From positions 32,001-96,000 of the IMG/VR virus record IMGVR_UViG_3300028591_000075: a stretch of DNA of 64,000 nt. The stretch is one strand, 5' to 3'. Within the stretch, counting starts at the first letter, position 1. Each line of letters opens with the position of its first letter. This DNA is from a virus (taxonomy: Duplodnaviria; Caudoviricetes). The notes beneath the pieces were generated by a model, which saw only the letters and a list, made by a program, of their open reading frames with translations, did not search any database and was not told where the DNA came from. This document shows, piece after piece, positions 41,048-49,748 of the stretch. The position numbers were made by a program, and so were the translations under genes.

Positions 41048-41881
41048 ATGGTATCCAAGAAACTCCAAGACAAATTTTATGCCGCGCTCGAATCCCTGAA
41101 GGACGGCAAGAACGATTATATCCTCGAAGCTCTTGCCGCCGGTGCAAAGGCAACGTTCGAAGGCCTGCTCACCGGACAAGTGTCGGAGGATGGGACCTAT
41201 ATTCCGTCGAAGGACGAAGTGCCCCGTTCGGCATCAATCGGTCCCGATTCGTGCCCTAGGGTTCTGACCAAGGAAGATATCCAGAGGCTGATTCACGATC
41301 CGGATACTGAAAACGAAGCAGACCCCGAGGAACTGAACTTCGAAGACAACGAAGCCAAGCGTTTCCCGACCTACCCAGGCCAGTTCAGCGAGGAAGAAGA
41401 TCCGTTCTACTCCATGGTTGCCGAGGCTGTCACGAAGCTCGGAAATACCATCAACGAAATGAAAACAGCCGACAACGCCTCCATCATGGAAGCTATCCAC
41501 GAAGGGTTCAGTGCATGTTTCGAAAGCTCCGAAGAACAGAAATCCGAGGCCCGGTTTCCAATAATGTTCGCGGATGAGGACGTTATAGAAGACGCCGAAG
41601 TGGAAAAGGCTAAGTCCGGCGACACGACCGCCCTCGTTGAAAAACTGCGTGCAAAGGCGCACCCCGCCGGAAAGGGATTTGCCAGGCCGGAGGGACGTAT
41701 GTTCACCGAGCATGACCTTGCCGACATCATAGACATGCACACCAGAATGGTTGCACAGGATGAAGAACGCGGCCGGTTTGCAAAATGCATCCTCGATGAC
41801 CCCAACGAGAAGGCATGGTTCTTCGACGACTACAACTCCGAAGGCGCACATACCCCGTGGGCAACCTACATCAAGTGGTGA
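41048..41881 (+). CDS. Hypothetical late protein with a duplicated ~30-aa helical motif
   Basis: TATAAACT 41011-41018; KFYAALESL...ILEALAAGAKATFEG and ...IMEAIHEGFSACFES. Confidence 0.8.
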   Translation: MVSKKLQDKFYAALESLKDGKNDYILEALAAGAKATFEGLLTGQVSEDGTYIPSKDEVPRSASIGPDSCPRVLTKEDIQRLIHDPDTENEADPEELNFEDNEAKRFPTYPGQFSEEEDPFYSMVAEAVTKLGNTINEMKTADNASIMEAIHEGFSACFESSEEQKSEARFPIMFADEDVIEDAEVEKAKSGDTTALVEKLRAKAHPAGKGFARPEGRMFTEHDLADIIDMHTRMVAQDEERGRFAKCILDDPNEKAWFFDDYNSEGAHTPWATYIKW

Positions 41882-41954
41882 TATTTTCATTTCGACTTCA
41901 TCAAATCCGCCGGCCCTCCGGTGGATTTTTAGTATTTTAAGATAGTTTTCCGCC

Positions 41955-42650
41955 ATGAGCATATATGTAGTAGGATCCAAACACAACAATTTCCTTGAAC
42001 TCGACGAGGGCAGGGAAAAGTTCTTAGTAGACGTTCCCCACAAGGGGGACAATATCGACAACCTGAACCCATGGTACTGTGAGCTCACCGCCCTGTACTA
42101 CATGTGGAAGCATTCGACCGCGAACATCATCGGCCTCGAACACTACCGCAGGTTCTTCGCTAACGCCAACAACCAGGGGTGGTCCAGGCTTACTAAGAAC
42201 CAGGCCAACGAGCTTCTCGACAAGTCGGACATCATCGTCACCGAGTTCTTCCACCGGAAGGACTACTCGGCGTTCATGTGGTTCGCCGATGCAAAGTACA
42301 TGAAGTGGCTCGATATATTCCTCTCGGTACTCGAAGAAACCGAGAAGAACCTCGGCACCAGGTTCGCCGATTACCTGAAAGGCCCGTCCCTCATCCAATG
42401 CAACATGTTCATCGGCAAGAAGCCGCTACTGGACAAGTATTGCAAGGACCTTTTCAACCTACTGAAGGCATACGACGAAAAGGCCGGCCTCGATGACAGC
42501 AACCGCCGCATGGACGGATACCTCGCCGAACACTTCTTCGGCTTCTGGTTGTCCCTGGCAAATGCCCGGATGTCCAAGGTCCCGAAACTGGAACTCAGGT
42601 ACCTCCGCACCGGTGTCCCGGAAGGCGAAAAAATCAGAACAATCTACTAA
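41955..42650 (+). CDS. DUF4422-family putative glycosyltransferase
   Basis: GDNIDNLNPWYCELTALYYMWK, IGLEHYRRFF, CNMFI, RMDGYLAE. Confidence 0.88.
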   Translation: MSIYVVGSKHNNFLELDEGREKFLVDVPHKGDNIDNLNPWYCELTALYYMWKHSTANIIGLEHYRRFFANANNQGWSRLTKNQANELLDKSDIIVTEFFHRKDYSAFMWFADAKYMKWLDIFLSVLEETEKNLGTRFADYLKGPSLIQCNMFIGKKPLLDKYCKDLFNLLKAYDEKAGLDDSNRRMDGYLAEHFFGFWLSLANARMSKVPKLELRYLRTGVPEGEKIRTIY

Positions 42651-42655
42651 ACAGA

Positions 42656-42681
42656 AAGGCCATCTCGCGAGAGATGGCCTT
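42656..42681. terminator. Terminator between convergent genes
   Basis: AAGGCCATCTC-GCGA-GAGATGGCCTT. Confidence 0.7.
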
Positions 42682-42701
42682 CTTAAATTTTCATCGAACA
42701 A

Positions 42702-44084
42702 TTAGGCAATCACACCACTGAACTTCTTTGCTGCGAAGTTCAGGAGTTTCACCGTATTCGGGCCGGACTTCAACATATCATCAACAGTTTCAAAGGACCG
42801 TTGATATCTGGTTTCACCACCACCCCTCGATACGTTGTATTCGATATTGAAGAACGGCGAATAGCCCTCGCCACTGAGAATTTCAATCTTGATATGACGG
42901 GTGCCAACCGAATGAGACATAGAGAACAGGTTGCCTTTAAGCAATATGTCCCAAACATCCGACGGTAAGGTGAGTATCCGTTTGACCATATTTCCCGGAA
43001 GGTCGGTGTGACGCGAGAACAACTTGGTATATGCCTCGGCATTCGGCTGCATCTTGGGCGGGGCGCCGACCGGACAGTTGACACGCTTAACACGGTTGAT
43101 ATCGGCTTCGACAATTTCCTTCGTCAGCGGGATTCCGTCATCCAGTGTACTGCCGTTTTCAGCCATGTCGATAACCGTGCAATCCATTCGCGGTTCACTG
43201 GTGTACAAGAGAGTCGGACAGTTGCGCGGCTTTTCGGTATCGTAAACGCGGCGGACATATTCCTTCACGGCCTGCACGGTCGCTTCGGAGTATTCCGGGA
43301 TGAACTGGGAAATGACCGAAATGTCTTCACTGGTCAGTGTTCCGGCATTGAGCCTGTTTTCCCTTACCATACGGGCGATGATTACATGCGCAGCCTCAAC
43401 CACACCACGGTTCTCATCGTTCTTTTCCAGGTTCCGTTTGAGTGCATCGAGTGCGAACGTCTCGTTGATTTGCATCAGGGTGACACCATCCAGCGACTGG
43501 ACACCGAGACGCTGCAGGAACTTCGGGTACTTCGGCATACCGAGAACCTTGTAGTCACGGCCATCAGCCTGGATCGGCGTACGGACCTTGTACCAAATCA
43601 TTGTGGTATATTCATGCAGGGCGGAATCGTTTGCATGGATGAGCTCATCGTCGCCAAACGTGAAATCATCGAATTCCGGCAACACCTGTTTCAGTGCTTC
43701 CTCATAGGTAGGCCACGATGCGTAGTCGTAGGTTCGCCAGGAAGGTACGGGATTCGCGGCAGGTTTTTCACCGGGAGGAATGGGAGCATTTCCCGGCTGG
43801 CAATACGGGGGCGCCGGCTTCTGTGCAAATGCCTGGGCGAAAGGGTTCATCGTAAACTCGCCATTGTTTCCGGGCATCATCTGCGGCTGCATGTCCGGCT
43901 GGGACATGTTGACCCCAATCCGTTCCTTCATGTCGGCTTCCGCCTTGCGGAGTTCATCGACGGACGGGGCCTCATCCTTCTCGGTTTCAGGAACATCCAT
44001 CTCCCGCATGTCGGGAGATTCGTTTGGTTCGGAATTGTCGAGAACATCGACGGGTTCGGACTTTGACTTGATTTCTTTCTTCAT
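42702..44084 (-). CDS. Hypothetical protein, paralog of 30568-31347
   Basis: PKYPKFL domain; GTAGTTT upstream. Confidence 0.8.
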   Translation of the reverse strand: MKKEIKSKSEPVDVLDNSEPNESPDMREMDVPETEKDEAPSVDELRKAEADMKERIGVNMSQPDMQPQMMPGNNGEFTMNPFAQAFAQKPAPPYCQPGNAPIPPGEKPAANPVPSWRTYDYASWPTYEEALKQVLPEFDDFTFGDDELIHANDSALHEYTTMIWYKVRTPIQADGRDYKVLGMPKYPKFLQRLGVQSLDGVTLMQINETFALDALKRNLEKNDENRGVVEAAHVIIARMVRENRLNAGTLTSEDISVISQFIPEYSEATVQAVKEYVRRVYDTEKPRNCPTLLYTSEPRMDCTVIDMAENGSTLDDGIPLTKEIVEADINRVKRVNCPVGAPPKMQPNAEAYTKLFSRHTDLPGNMVKRILTLPSDVWDILLKGNLFSMSHSVGTRHIKIEILSGEGYSPFFNIEYNVSRGGGETRYQRSFETVDDMLKSGPNTVKLLNFAAKKFSGVIA

Positions 44085-44110
44085 GGGTTTCCTCCATGAA
44101 GAAAACTACA

Positions 44111-45097
44111 TTATTCATTCTCTTCCGGATTGAAGATCGGATCATTTACCGCGTCTTCGAGACCATACATCAGGTTGTCATTATTGCTCTTCACATTCAG
44201 CCCAGGCATTTCAGGCAGTTCACCATTTTCCTCGGGCTTCTCGTCATTCTCCTCGGGAACGGGATTTGCATCGGGCGACGGTTCGGTAGGAACTTCCTCA
44301 CCATGTTCAATCACGCCCGCGAGCGCATCGAGCGACTCCTGGGCTTCCGGTATCTTGATTGGGTTCAATCCTTCCATCTTCGGCAACGCATCCTTGTCGC
44401 TGATGACAGTCTTACCCTCTTCCGGTATGACCTCGGGACGTTCACCCTTCGGCGCTTCCGCCTGTTTCGGGAACATTTCAGGCGTCTCGCCCTTCTGTTC
44501 TTCCGGCTTCTTCTTTTTCGCCGAGAGTGGACCGAGGTCCACCTTCTCCTGTTCAGGCTTCGGGAACCTGGCGGTCCTGGCATCCTTCATGATTGGTCCG
44601 GCATTGGAAAGCATACCCTTGAGCGCGGCAGCGAGATGCTTGCATATCGTATGCTCGCGTTCCGGATCGCGAACGTCAGGCGGGATGTCGGAACCGGCAT
44701 CACCATGCCCTTCCTCGAAACCGTCATGCAGGTGCGACATGTTGTATGCCGCGCCGGAATAACGGAAATCCTTGCAGGGGCAGAAGCACCTGACATCGGC
44801 TTCCTTCAATGCGTTCACCCTGGACCGGAGGTCGCGGACGTTGTTGGCTACAGCGAACAGCGACATGCCCTTCGGCTTGATGGACACGTAGCACTCGTAC
44901 ACGGTACCGGGGTTCGACTGGGACGGGATGTGCCACTTGATGACTGCATCACCGGAAAGGTTCTTCTCTATCCCGACATAGTGATATTGCAGTTTCTTGG
45001 CACGCTCGACACGACCGGAATCCAGCGGAGCCGTGAATTCCTGCATCGTGCCTTCAAGGAAGGTACGCAGCCTTTTCTGCAACATCGACTTTAACAT
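44111..45097 (-). CDS. SWIM zinc-finger protein
   Basis: VRCFCPCKDFRY...ICKHLAAAL (CxC...CxH). Confidence 0.8.
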   Translation of the reverse strand: MLKSMLQKRLRTFLEGTMQEFTAPLDSGRVERAKKLQYHYVGIEKNLSGDAVIKWHIPSQSNPGTVYECYVSIKPKGMSLFAVANNVRDLRSRVNALKEADVRCFCPCKDFRYSGAAYNMSHLHDGFEEGHGDAGSDIPPDVRDPEREHTICKHLAAALKGMLSNAGPIMKDARTARFPKPEQEKVDLGPLSAKKKKPEEQKGETPEMFPKQAEAPKGERPEVIPEEGKTVISDKDALPKMEGLNPIKIPEAQESLDALAGVIEHGEEVPTEPSPDANPVPEENDEKPEENGELPEMPGLNVKSNNDNLMYGLEDAVNDPIFNPEENE

Positions 45098-47079
45098 TAA
45101 CCCACCTTGAAGAGAGCTTCGGCAGTTTTCGCCTTCATAATCATGCCGGCCTTGTGACCCTCGACCATCATGGTAATCATCTGGTATCCGTTGGCCGCAT
45201 CCTCATCGGACCAGTGGTCAATTTCCTTCGGCTCGCTCTTCGGTTTCAACAGGTAGAACGGCGGATGGCCATTCTCCTTGATGTACATGGCGAGCTCACC
45301 CATTGCCTTGGTAATGCCATCGGCTTCCTTGGCTTCGAGTTCCTTCTTGGCACCGCGACCGAGAAGAGGAATCTTGCTCAGGAGCTTCTTGCCGGCAGCG
45401 GCAGCGGCATCGCCGAGACCCTTGCTTGCATTGTCGCTCTTGGCATTCACTTCGGCCATGGCCTTTGCATAACTCTTAAAGGACGCCTTGGGATCGACCA
45501 CGCTGTAGAACGCGGTAAGATGGGACATCGGAACTGGCACGGACTTGTTCAGGTCAACGAGCGTACCGCCGCTGACTCCGAGCGGGATGACGGTGACATT
45601 TTCGTTGCTGTCACCGGACTTGCCGTCGATTTCCTTGTACATGACGACGAGATTGTTTCTACGGCACGGAGTACCCTTGTTTCCGGCAATGCTCTTCAAC
45701 ACATCGACCGGGTTCTTGAGGGCATTCGAGATATCGGTAATCGCGCCTTCAACAAGCACATTGCCATCAGTGTTGACACCTTCGGTGCGAGTATCAATCC
45801 TGGCCTTCTTGTCTGTCGTGGCATCCTTCTTCCCACCGCCAAGACCGAGGGTACCCATCATGCCGATACCGAGTGCCTTTGCGACATCCGGATCAGCCTT
45901 GAGCTGCTTCTTGAATTCCTTGTATGCACGCTTCTGTGCCTTTGGTTCCTGGGCACGGAGCATTTCACGTACAAGCGTGGAGGTAAGGTTAATCATCGGG
46001 AAACCGAATGCCGTAATGAGCGCATTTTCCCATTCGCTATCGTCGATTTCCACATTGAACGCATCGGGTACTTCCACCTGCCCAACAATCTGGGAAAGCG
46101 CCTTGGAGATTTCGGTCTTCTGGGAAAGCGATGCCGTATTCTCACCCTTGTCGTTGAGCTTGCCGGCCTCTTTGAGTTCTTCATAAAGTTCCGGATTCAC
46201 GCGCTGGACGATGGTGAACACGATTTTCGAGATGCTCATCGGGTTCTTGGCCAGCTTGGCGTATATTTCGGAACCTTCGTCACCGGCCTTTTTCGCCTCG
46301 CCATCGATAAAGGCGGTAACCTTCTTCTCGATAGCCTTCTTCATCCCATCGTCAAGGCCGAGGGAATCAATCTTTTCAATGATGCTATGGTAAACTTCCT
46401 GTTTGTCGGGACTGGAACTTGCGCCCTGCTTTCCCGGAGCGGGCTTTGCGCCCTGATTTGCCTGAGCTGCGGTACCACCCAATGAAGTCAGCGGCGCATT
46501 GGAATGCCAGCCCTGTCCATTGATCTTGGCTTTCAACTCCTGTCCAATGGTTGGTTTGCCCATAAGTTCAAAAGTTGCGCCCTGTGCGGAAGCAAGTGAT
46601 TTGGAACCCTCCGTCTTCACAATCTTTCCATTGGAAACATAGATCTTCTTGTCATCACCGTAGCAATATATTGCGGTATTCTTCTCGCCAGGTTCACTGG
46701 CAACCACTTCGTTGGGTTTGCCGGAGGCAACTTTTGGATTTCTCTTTCTTGTCTGGTTTACATTGGCAGGTTGTTGGCCATTACCCGGTTCACCACCTTG
46801 GGCAGCAGGAGCAGCAGGGTCAGCCTTCGGCTTTCTAGCCCTAGGCTTCCCGGCGGGTTTCGGTGCACCCGCCTGGGCCTGCCCATCATTTTCCCCGCTT
46901 TCCATCACCGGAGCCATGATGTCATATTCCACCAGGGTATCGGCGAGCATCTTCGCTGCCGAGTTGTCACTTTCGAACATGACCTTGGAACCTTCGATAT
47001 CGGCACCAGTGTCCTCCATCGTAGAAATGAACGGGTCGAACGCGCCATTGTCCTTGATATCGTATTTTAAGAAATCCAT
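45097..47079 (-). CDS. Hypothetical late protein; C-terminal domain paralogous to 38132-40627
   Basis: Probable start MDFLKYD at 47079, downstream of TATAAACT 47109-47116; MFES and VMES sites. Confidence 0.8.
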   Translation of the reverse strand: MDFLKYDIKDNGAFDPFISTMEDTGADIEGSKVMFESDNSAAKMLADTLVEYDIMAPVMESGENDGQAQAGAPKPAGKPRARKPKADPAAPAAQGGEPGNGQQPANVNQTRKRNPKVASGKPNEVVASEPGEKNTAIYCYGDDKKIYVSNGKIVKTEGSKSLASAQGATFELMGKPTIGQELKAKINGQGWHSNAPLTSLGGTAAQANQGAKPAPGKQGASSSPDKQEVYHSIIEKIDSLGLDDGMKKAIEKKVTAFIDGEAKKAGDEGSEIYAKLAKNPMSISKIVFTIVQRVNPELYEELKEAGKLNDKGENTASLSQKTEISKALSQIVGQVEVPDAFNVEIDDSEWENALITAFGFPMINLTSTLVREMLRAQEPKAQKRAYKEFKKQLKADPDVAKALGIGMMGTLGLGGGKKDATTDKKARIDTRTEGVNTDGNVLVEGAITDISNALKNPVDVLKSIAGNKGTPCRRNNLVVMYKEIDGKSGDSNENVTVIPLGVSGGTLVDLNKSVPVPMSHLTAFYSVVDPKASFKSYAKAMAEVNAKSDNASKGLGDAAAAAGKKLLSKIPLLGRGAKKELEAKEADGITKAMGELAMYIKENGHPPFYLLKPKSEPKEIDHWSDEDAANGYQMITMMVEGHKAGMIMKAKTAEALFKVG

Positions 47080-47129
47080 TGGAAAATCCCCGGAAAACCT
47101 TTTTCCGGAGTTTATAGGAAAACCGCGTC

Positions 47130-48686
47130 TCACGAAACCGCGTTAGCGTATTCGTCGGCTATCCTGCGGTCGGCCTCATCACCCCATCCGCAATAGTACC
47201 CGACCTCGTAGAACGATGCCATCTCGGCATCGACCATGGCGTCATCGGGTTCAAGTATCGCCCTCTCCTCGACTGTCGTAGTCGGGATGCCGAACCGGTC
47301 GAGTTCCCGGTCAAGGATGGCCTTGGCGGCATCGCCGAACTCGCGGGGAACGATGACCTCGTCATGCACAGTGCAGTAAGGGCACCCTATCTCGGCCTTG
47401 ATTGCCGGGATGACCACGTCGAACACGAAGGAACTCTCCATCCTCTGCATCTCGTATGCGAGTGCGCGGTAGTTCGACACCTTCATGCTGTCGATGAGGA
47501 TGAGCAGTTTCGGCCAATGTTCCTCCCACACCCTGCGACATGCATGCCAAGCCGGGTCGCACCCGTCATCGAGCCGGACACCGGCGAACAGCGTGGCCAG
47601 GAAGGCCTTCTTCGCCCTCTCGCGATCAACCACCTCATCCAGGTCAAAATCCTGTGACATCTCGGAAGCGAAGAACTCGTAAAGTTCGCGCCGTTCCAGC
47701 TTCCCGCGAAAATCGGCAAACTCCCGGTTCAACTGTTCCCGGCCAATCCAGTCCGGTGCGCCGGGATCCATCACGATGAACGATTCCCCGTTGCGCCCGA
47801 GCATGGCCTTGTCGCCACGGAGGCACGCGCCGATGATGTAGCACAGGAACGCGCCCTGGCTGCTCTTGATGTCAACCTCGGCAACCGGTCCGCCGTCACA
47901 TGTCAGGGCGCCCTCCCTGACCTCGCGCTTTACCTGGGTAATGTTGGTGTGTACGCGCCCGTAGTCGTCGCGCACGACATACAGAGAAGTGTCACTCTCC
48001 TCCGCATCGTTGAACCGGTCAACCTTCCTCAACTCACGGTCCAACTTGCGCCCCTCAATCCCGGCAGTCACCAGGGCGCGACGGGCCTTGGCCCGGTCGA
48101 TGTGGAAGTGTTTCAGGTTCTCGTGCGCATCGCGGACAACCGGGTCCATGAGCTGGATGCGCTTGCGGTCCTCGGCACATTTCTGCAGCCTTTTCAGGAG
48201 AATTTTCGACCGTAGTTTCACGGCCATCATGCGTCCCGCGTGGAAGTCGCCCTTGCCATAGAGGTGCGCGACATCCCTCGCGTAGCAGTATTCCTTCAAC
48301 ATCCACCCGTAGCCCTCGCCGAACCACACGGCCTTGCTCATGCCGGGTGTGCTCCCGGTAGCCTTGCAGTAGGAGGAACCGCGCATGAGGACACCCCAGT
48401 TCTTCAAGTTCTCGAACACCTCGATGTACTTGTGGCCCATCGCGGTATCCATGATTTTCGAGTAGAGGCGACAGAACCATTCGCGGCACTTCGGGGGCTT
48501 CCTGGTGGCCAGGTACTCCCTGCGGTAGGACTCGACGAGCCCCTTCGTTACCCAGTGGATGATTAGCCAGTAGTAGTCGTGGTCCCTCTCGGGGACATTG
48601 TGCTCTTTCAGCAGTGCGCGAATGGGTTTCCTGAACTTGTCCAGGACCCGTATCTCGTATTCAAACTTTGTCCGCGTTTCCGGCAT
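47130..48686 (-). CDS. Stand-alone PolA/T7-RNAP-superfamily nucleotidyltransferase (palm/fingers only, no exonuclease domains)
   Basis: DDYGRVHTNITQ, motif A EVDIKSSQ, motif B RERAKKAFLATLFA, LAYEMQRMES, motif C TVHDEVIV. Confidence 0.75.
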   Translation of the reverse strand: MPETRTKFEYEIRVLDKFRKPIRALLKEHNVPERDHDYYWLIIHWVTKGLVESYRREYLATRKPPKCREWFCRLYSKIMDTAMGHKYIEVFENLKNWGVLMRGSSYCKATGSTPGMSKAVWFGEGYGWMLKEYCYARDVAHLYGKGDFHAGRMMAVKLRSKILLKRLQKCAEDRKRIQLMDPVVRDAHENLKHFHIDRAKARRALVTAGIEGRKLDRELRKVDRFNDAEESDTSLYVVRDDYGRVHTNITQVKREVREGALTCDGGPVAEVDIKSSQGAFLCYIIGACLRGDKAMLGRNGESFIVMDPGAPDWIGREQLNREFADFRGKLERRELYEFFASEMSQDFDLDEVVDRERAKKAFLATLFAGVRLDDGCDPAWHACRRVWEEHWPKLLILIDSMKVSNYRALAYEMQRMESSFVFDVVIPAIKAEIGCPYCTVHDEVIVPREFGDAAKAILDRELDRFGIPTTTVEERAILEPDDAMVDAEMASFYEVGYYCGWGDEADRRIADEYANAVS

Positions 48687-48707
48687 GGCACCACAACTGA
48701 ACAGGAA

Positions 48708-48799
48708 GTGCCCCTGTGCCTCCCTCTTTTAATTTCGCTGGACGGGAGACAGCAGGGGCACCAAAATGAAAAACTCATCTTTCGGACGGGTCCAGCGAA
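48708..48799 (-). promoter_or_regulatory. Predicted H-type RNA pseudoknot in the leader of the PolA-like gene
   Basis: 48790-48799 pairs with 48734-48743 (10 bp, perfect); 48744-48761 pairs with 48708-48724 (17 bp, one G-U, one bulge); the stems are interleaved. Confidence 0.7.
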
Positions 48800-48960
48800 G
48801 ACCGTTCCATTGCCCGCAGCTTATACATCGGCATAGAAAAACTATCCCAACTACGGTTTCAACGGCAAAAAGTTACGAAACGCTTGCAACTTCAGCAAGG
48901 GGTCAGGCCCTGTACATATGTAAAAAATTGTTTAAGTTTACATAATACTGGAGGCACAGC

Positions 48961-49214
48961 GACTCCCGGAGGGAGGGTTTTCTGTGGCTGCCGCCAAGGC
49001 TACTCCCCTTCCATAAAGATGTTTACGAAACAGCAGGGTGGCCAATATGGCCCAAAATGGGCAATTCGGGGAAGGCCGGAAGGGCCATCACGCCACCGGG
49101 CGTGTAAACTTTTCTAAACTGCTTGTACAGAGGTACCTGGACTCCCGAGGGGAGGGGAGGGGTTGAGTTTCGCCTGCGTCAAAGCAACCTACACATCCAT
49201 AAAGATGTTTACGA
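48961..49214. repeat. Two degenerate direct-repeat units: CTCCC-NNN-GGGAG mini-hairpin plus identical 19-bp box TCCATAAAGATGTTTACGA
   Basis: Boxes at 49010-49028 and 49196-49214; hairpins at 48963-48975 and 49142-49154. Confidence 0.9.
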
Positions 49215-49242
49215 TTTTAGGATGGGAAAATAGGCCCCGTTG

Positions 49243-49271
49243 TTGACATTGTCTCCCGAATTTGCTACATT
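49243..49271 (+). promoter_or_regulatory. Sigma70-type promoter TTGACA-17-(TGn)TACATT
   Basis: Exact spacing, extended -10. Confidence 0.8.
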
Positions 49272-49277
49272 TTGGGC

Positions 49278-49745
49278 ATGAGCGAAGGAAATATCAGCAT
49301 AAGCGCACCCGAGAAGAAGTTCCGGGTGGGTATATTCTCGCCTACCGAGTGGCATGCCGGCATGACGAAGCCGTCCATGGTTATCGAGCTGTACCCGGTG
49401 TTCCATAGGTCATCGGTGACTTTCGTCCCGACAGTCGTCGGCGAGGAGCCTGACGTTATGGACGGATGGGAATCCGGGTACATCGCCGGCAAGGTGGTTG
49501 CCGCGGTCAAGGCCGAACTCGAAGCCGAAGGCGAACTGTCGAACGAAGCGCGTATTCACGACAAGACCTGGATCCTGTCGGCATCCGAAGGCTATGTGCG
49601 TCCCGGGGCTGACTACCGTGTACTCGTATGGTTCGTATCCGAAAGGCCGGGCGAGATTTCCGCCCTGTGGGTAGCATCCGCCGACTCGGTAAAACGTGAA
49701 ACCGCTGCGGTCGATGAACCGAAGGGGCACAGGTACAAGGTATAG
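49278..49745 (+). CDS. Hypothetical protein
   Basis: ATG 49278 lies 6 nt after the TTGACA-17-TACATT promoter. Confidence 0.75.
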   Translation: MSEGNISISAPEKKFRVGIFSPTEWHAGMTKPSMVIELYPVFHRSSVTFVPTVVGEEPDVMDGWESGYIAGKVVAAVKAELEAEGELSNEARIHDKTWILSASEGYVRPGADYRVLVWFVSERPGEISALWVASADSVKRETAAVDEPKGHRYKV

Positions 49746-49748
49746 CCG

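Noticed and set aside
49010-49214. 19-bp direct repeats as att sites or a mini-CRISPR
   Set aside because: Only two copies 186 bp apart, no integrase, and the spacing is too long for CRISPR; retained as putative binding sites instead.
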